Shown in pieces: positions 60,763-64,000 of a stretch of DNA of 64,000 bases. This stretch comes from Macrostomum lignano (Eukaryota): assembly GCA_002269645.1 (NCBI GenBank), contig NIVC01000104.1:897179-961178 (forward strand). Reading direction: 5' to 3'. The notes beneath the pieces are model-generated. The model did no database searches, was not told the origin of the DNA, and was given only the letters and a program-made list of their open reading frames with translations. The position numbers and the translations under genes were made by a program. Each line of letters starts with the position of its first letter. Within the stretch, counting starts at the first letter, position 1.

Positions 60763-63700
60763 TCCCAGATCCACAGTTGCTGGGCCAGCCTCCCAGATCC
60801 TCAGTTGCTGGGCCAGCCTCCCAGATCCTCAGATGCTTGGCCAGCCTCCCAGATCGTCAGTTGCTGGGCCAGCCTCCCAGATCCTCAGTTGCTGGGCCAG
60901 CCTCCCAGATCCTCAGTTGCTGGGCCAGCCTCCCAGATCCTCAGTTGCTGGGCCAGCCTCCCAGATCCTCAGTTGCTGGGCCAGCCTCCCAGATTTCCAG
61001 TTGCTGGGCCAGCCTCCCAGATTTCCAGTTGCTGGGCCAGCCTCCCAGATTTCCAGTTTCTAAGCCAGCCTCCCAGATCCTCGGTTGCTGGGTCACCAGC
61101 CTCCCAGATCCCCAGTTGCTGGGCCAGAATCCAAGATCTTTAGTTGCTGGGCCAGCCTTCCAGATCTTTAGTTGCTGGGCCAGCCTTCCAGATCCTCAGT
61201 TGCTGGGCCAGCCTCCCAGATCCTCAGTTTCTGAGCCAGCCTCCCAGATCCTCGGTTGCTGGGTCACCAGCCTCCCAGATCCCCAGTTGCTGGGCCAGAC
61301 TCCCAGATCTTTAGTTGCTGGGCCAGCCTTCCAGATCCTCAGTTGCTGGGCCAGCCTCCCAGATCCTCAGTTGCTGGGCCAGCCTCCCAGATCCTCAGTT
61401 GCTGGGCCAGCCTCCCAGATTTCCAGTTGCTGGGCCAGCCTCCCAGATTTCCAGTTGCTGGGCCAGCCTCCCAGATTTCCAGTTTCTGAGCCAGCCTCCC
61501 AGATCCTCGGTTGCTGGGTCACCAGCCTCCCAGATCCCCAGTTGCTGGGCCAGAATCCAAGATCTTTAGTTGCTGGGCCAGCCTTCCAGATCTTTAGTTG
61601 CTGGGCCAGCCTTCCAGATCCTCAGTTGCTGGGCCAGCCTCCCAGATCCTCAGTTTCTGAGCCAGCCTCCCAGATCCTCGGTTGCTGGGTCACCAGCCTC
61701 CCGGATCCCCAGTTGCTGGGCCAGAATCCAAGATCTTTAGTTGCTGGGCCAGCCTTCCAGTTCCTAAGTTGCTGGGCCAGCCTCCCAGATCCTCGGTTGC
61801 TGGTCCACCCTCCCAGATCCTCAGTTGCTGGGCCAGCCTCCCAGATCCACAGTTGCTGGGCCAGCCTCCCAGATCCTCAGATGCTTGGCCAGCCTCCCAG
61901 ATCGTCAGTTGCTGGGCCAGCCTCCCAGATCCTCAGTTGCTGGGCCAGCCTCCCAGATCCTCAGTTGCTGGGCCAGCCTCCCAGATTTCCAGTTGCTGGG
62001 CCAGACTCCCAGATTTCCAGTTTCTGAGCCAGCCTCCCAGATCCTCGGTTGCTGGGTCACCAGCCTCCCAGATCCCCAGTTGCTGGGCCAGACTCCCAGA
62101 TCTTTAGTTGCTGGGCCAGCCTTCCAGATCCTCAGTTGCTGGGCCAGCCTCCCAGATCCTGAGTTGCTGGGCCAGCCTCCCAGATCCTCAGTTGCTGGGC
62201 CAGCCTCCCAGATCCTCAGTTGCTGGGCCAGCCTCCCAGATTTCCAGTTGCTGGGCCAGCCTCCCAGATTTCCAGTTTCTGAGCCAGCCTCCCAGATCCT
62301 CGGTTGCTGGGTCACCAGCCTCCCAGATCCCCAGTAGCTGGGCCAGAATACAAGATCTTTAGTTGCTGGGCCAGCCTTCCAGATCTTTAGTTGCTGGGCC
62401 AGCCTTCCAGATCCTCAGTTGCTGGGCCAGCCTCCCAGATCCTCAGTTTCTGAGCCAGCCTCCCAGATCCTCGGTTGCTGGGTCACCAGCCTCCCAGATC
62501 CCCAGTTGCTGGGCCAGAATCCAAGATCTTTAGTTGCTGGGCCAGCCTTCCAGTTCCTAAGTTGCTGGGCCAGCCTCCCAGATCCTCGGTTGCTGGTCCA
62601 CCCTCCCAGATCCTCAGTTGCTGGGCCAGCCTCCCAGATCCTCAGTTGCTGGGCCAGCCTCCCAGATCCTCAGTTTCTGAGCTAGCCTCCCAGATCCTCG
62701 GTTGCTGGGTCACCAGCCTCCCAGATCCCCAGTTGCTGGGCCAGACTCCCAGATCTTTAGTTGCTGGGCCAGCCTTCCAGATCCACAGTTGCTGGGCCAA
62801 CCTCCCAGATCCTCAGATGCTGGGCCAGCCTCCCAGATCCCCAGATGCTTGGCCAGCCTCCCAGATCGTCAGTTGCTGGGCCAGCCTCCCAGATCCTCAG
62901 TTGCTGGGCCAGCCTCCCAGATCCTCAGTTGCTGGGCCAGCCTCCCAGATTTCCAGTTGCTGGGCCAGCCTCCCAGATTTCCAGTTGCTGGGCCAGCCTC
63001 CCAGATTTCCAGTTTCTGAGCCAGCCTCCCAGATCCTCGGTTGCTGGGTCACCAGCCTCTCAGATCCCCAGTTGCTGGGCCAGACTCCCGGTTCTTTAGT
63101 TGCTGGGCCAGCCTTCCAGATCCTCAGTTGCTGGGCCAGCCTCCCAGATTTCCAGTTGCTGGGCCAGCCTCCCAGATTTCCAGTTGCTGGGCCAGCCTCC
63201 CAGATTTCCAGTTTCTGAGCCAGCCTCCCAGATCCTCGGTTGCTGGGTCACCAGCCTCCCAGATCCCCAGTTGCTGGGCCAGACTCCCGGATCTTTAGTT
63301 GCTGGGCCAGCCTTCCAGATCCTCAGTTGCTGGGCCAGCCTCCCAGATCCTCGGTTGCTGGTCCACCCTCCCAGATCCTCAGTTGCTGAGCCAGCCTCCC
63401 AGATCCTCAGTTGCTGGGCCAGCCTCCCAGATCCTCAATTTCTGAGCTAGACTCCCAGATCCTCGGTTGCTGGGTCACCAGCCTTCCAGATCCTCAGTTG
63501 CTGGGCCAGACTCCCAGATCTTTAGTTGCTGGGCCAGCCTTCCAGATCTTTAGTTGCTGGGCCATTTCCCAGATCCTCAGATGCTGGGCCACCCTCCCAG
63601 ATCCTCAGTTGCTGAGCCAGCCTCCCAGATCCTCAGTTGCTGGGCCAGCCTCCCAGATCCTCAATTTCTGAGCTAGCCTCCCAGATCCTCGGTTGCTGGG

Positions 63701-64000
63701 TCACCAGCCTCCCAGATCCCCAGTTGCTGGGCCAGACTCCCAGATCTTTAGTTGCTGGGCCAGCCTTCCAGATCCTCAGTTGCTGGGCCATTTCCCAGAT
63801 CCTCAGATGCTGGGCCAGCCTCCCAGATCCCAGTTGCTGGGCCAGCCTCCCAGATCCACAGTTGCTGGGCCAGCCTCCCAGATCCTCAGTTGCTGGGCCA
63901 TTTCCCAGATCCCCAGTTGCTGGGCTAGCCTACCAGATCCTCAGTTGCTGAGCCAGCCTCCCAGATCCTCAGTTGCTGGGCCATTTCCCAGATCCCCAGT
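60763..64000. repeat. 28-bp minisatellite with higher-order structure, runs off the window
   Basis: Unit CCAGCCTCCCAGATCCTCAGTTGCTGGG; variant units (TTTCC, TTTCTGAG, GGGTCACC, CAGAATCC) recur in fixed order. Confidence 0.97.

Overview
Eukaryotic (animal) genomic DNA, not prokaryotic. GC-rich exons are split by canonical GT-AG introns, almost each filled with its own minisatellite, and there are long (GACA)n tracts. This style resembles the flatworm Macrostomum, but that is inference only. Genes rebuilt by hand from splice sites and frame: (1) a 3-exon NEK11-like kinase lacking the catalytic Asp (HRN, DLC), a probable pseudokinase; (2) a 10-exon CCDC171-like coiled-coil gene; (3) a Pro-rich C2H2/C2HC zinc-finger gene with one homopolymer frameshift; (4) an intronless UCP2/3-like mitochondrial carrier with a TATA box; (5) a tandem pair of secreted PAN-like + ALK/LTK-type glycine-rich genes, one intact and one truncated; (6) two identical copies of a 62-aa prepropeptide ending in KK-FVRVRVRL-G, a candidate amidated cationic beta-strand peptide; (7) the 5' part of an unknown gene at the right edge. 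Mobile DNA: a decayed Ty3/Gypsy element (CsRn1/Kabuki-like), a 3.2-kb non-autonomous CMC/EnSpm-like element carrying a spliced ORF, and two copies of a 170-bp hAT-type MITE with 8-bp TSDs. One MITE copy lies in a CpG-depleted zone and shows strongly directional C->T/G->A decay. Most ORFs in the supplied track are translations of tandem repeats. No rRNA, tRNA or CRISPR array was found. All coordinates, counts and alignments were made by eye; repeat-array boundaries are approximate.
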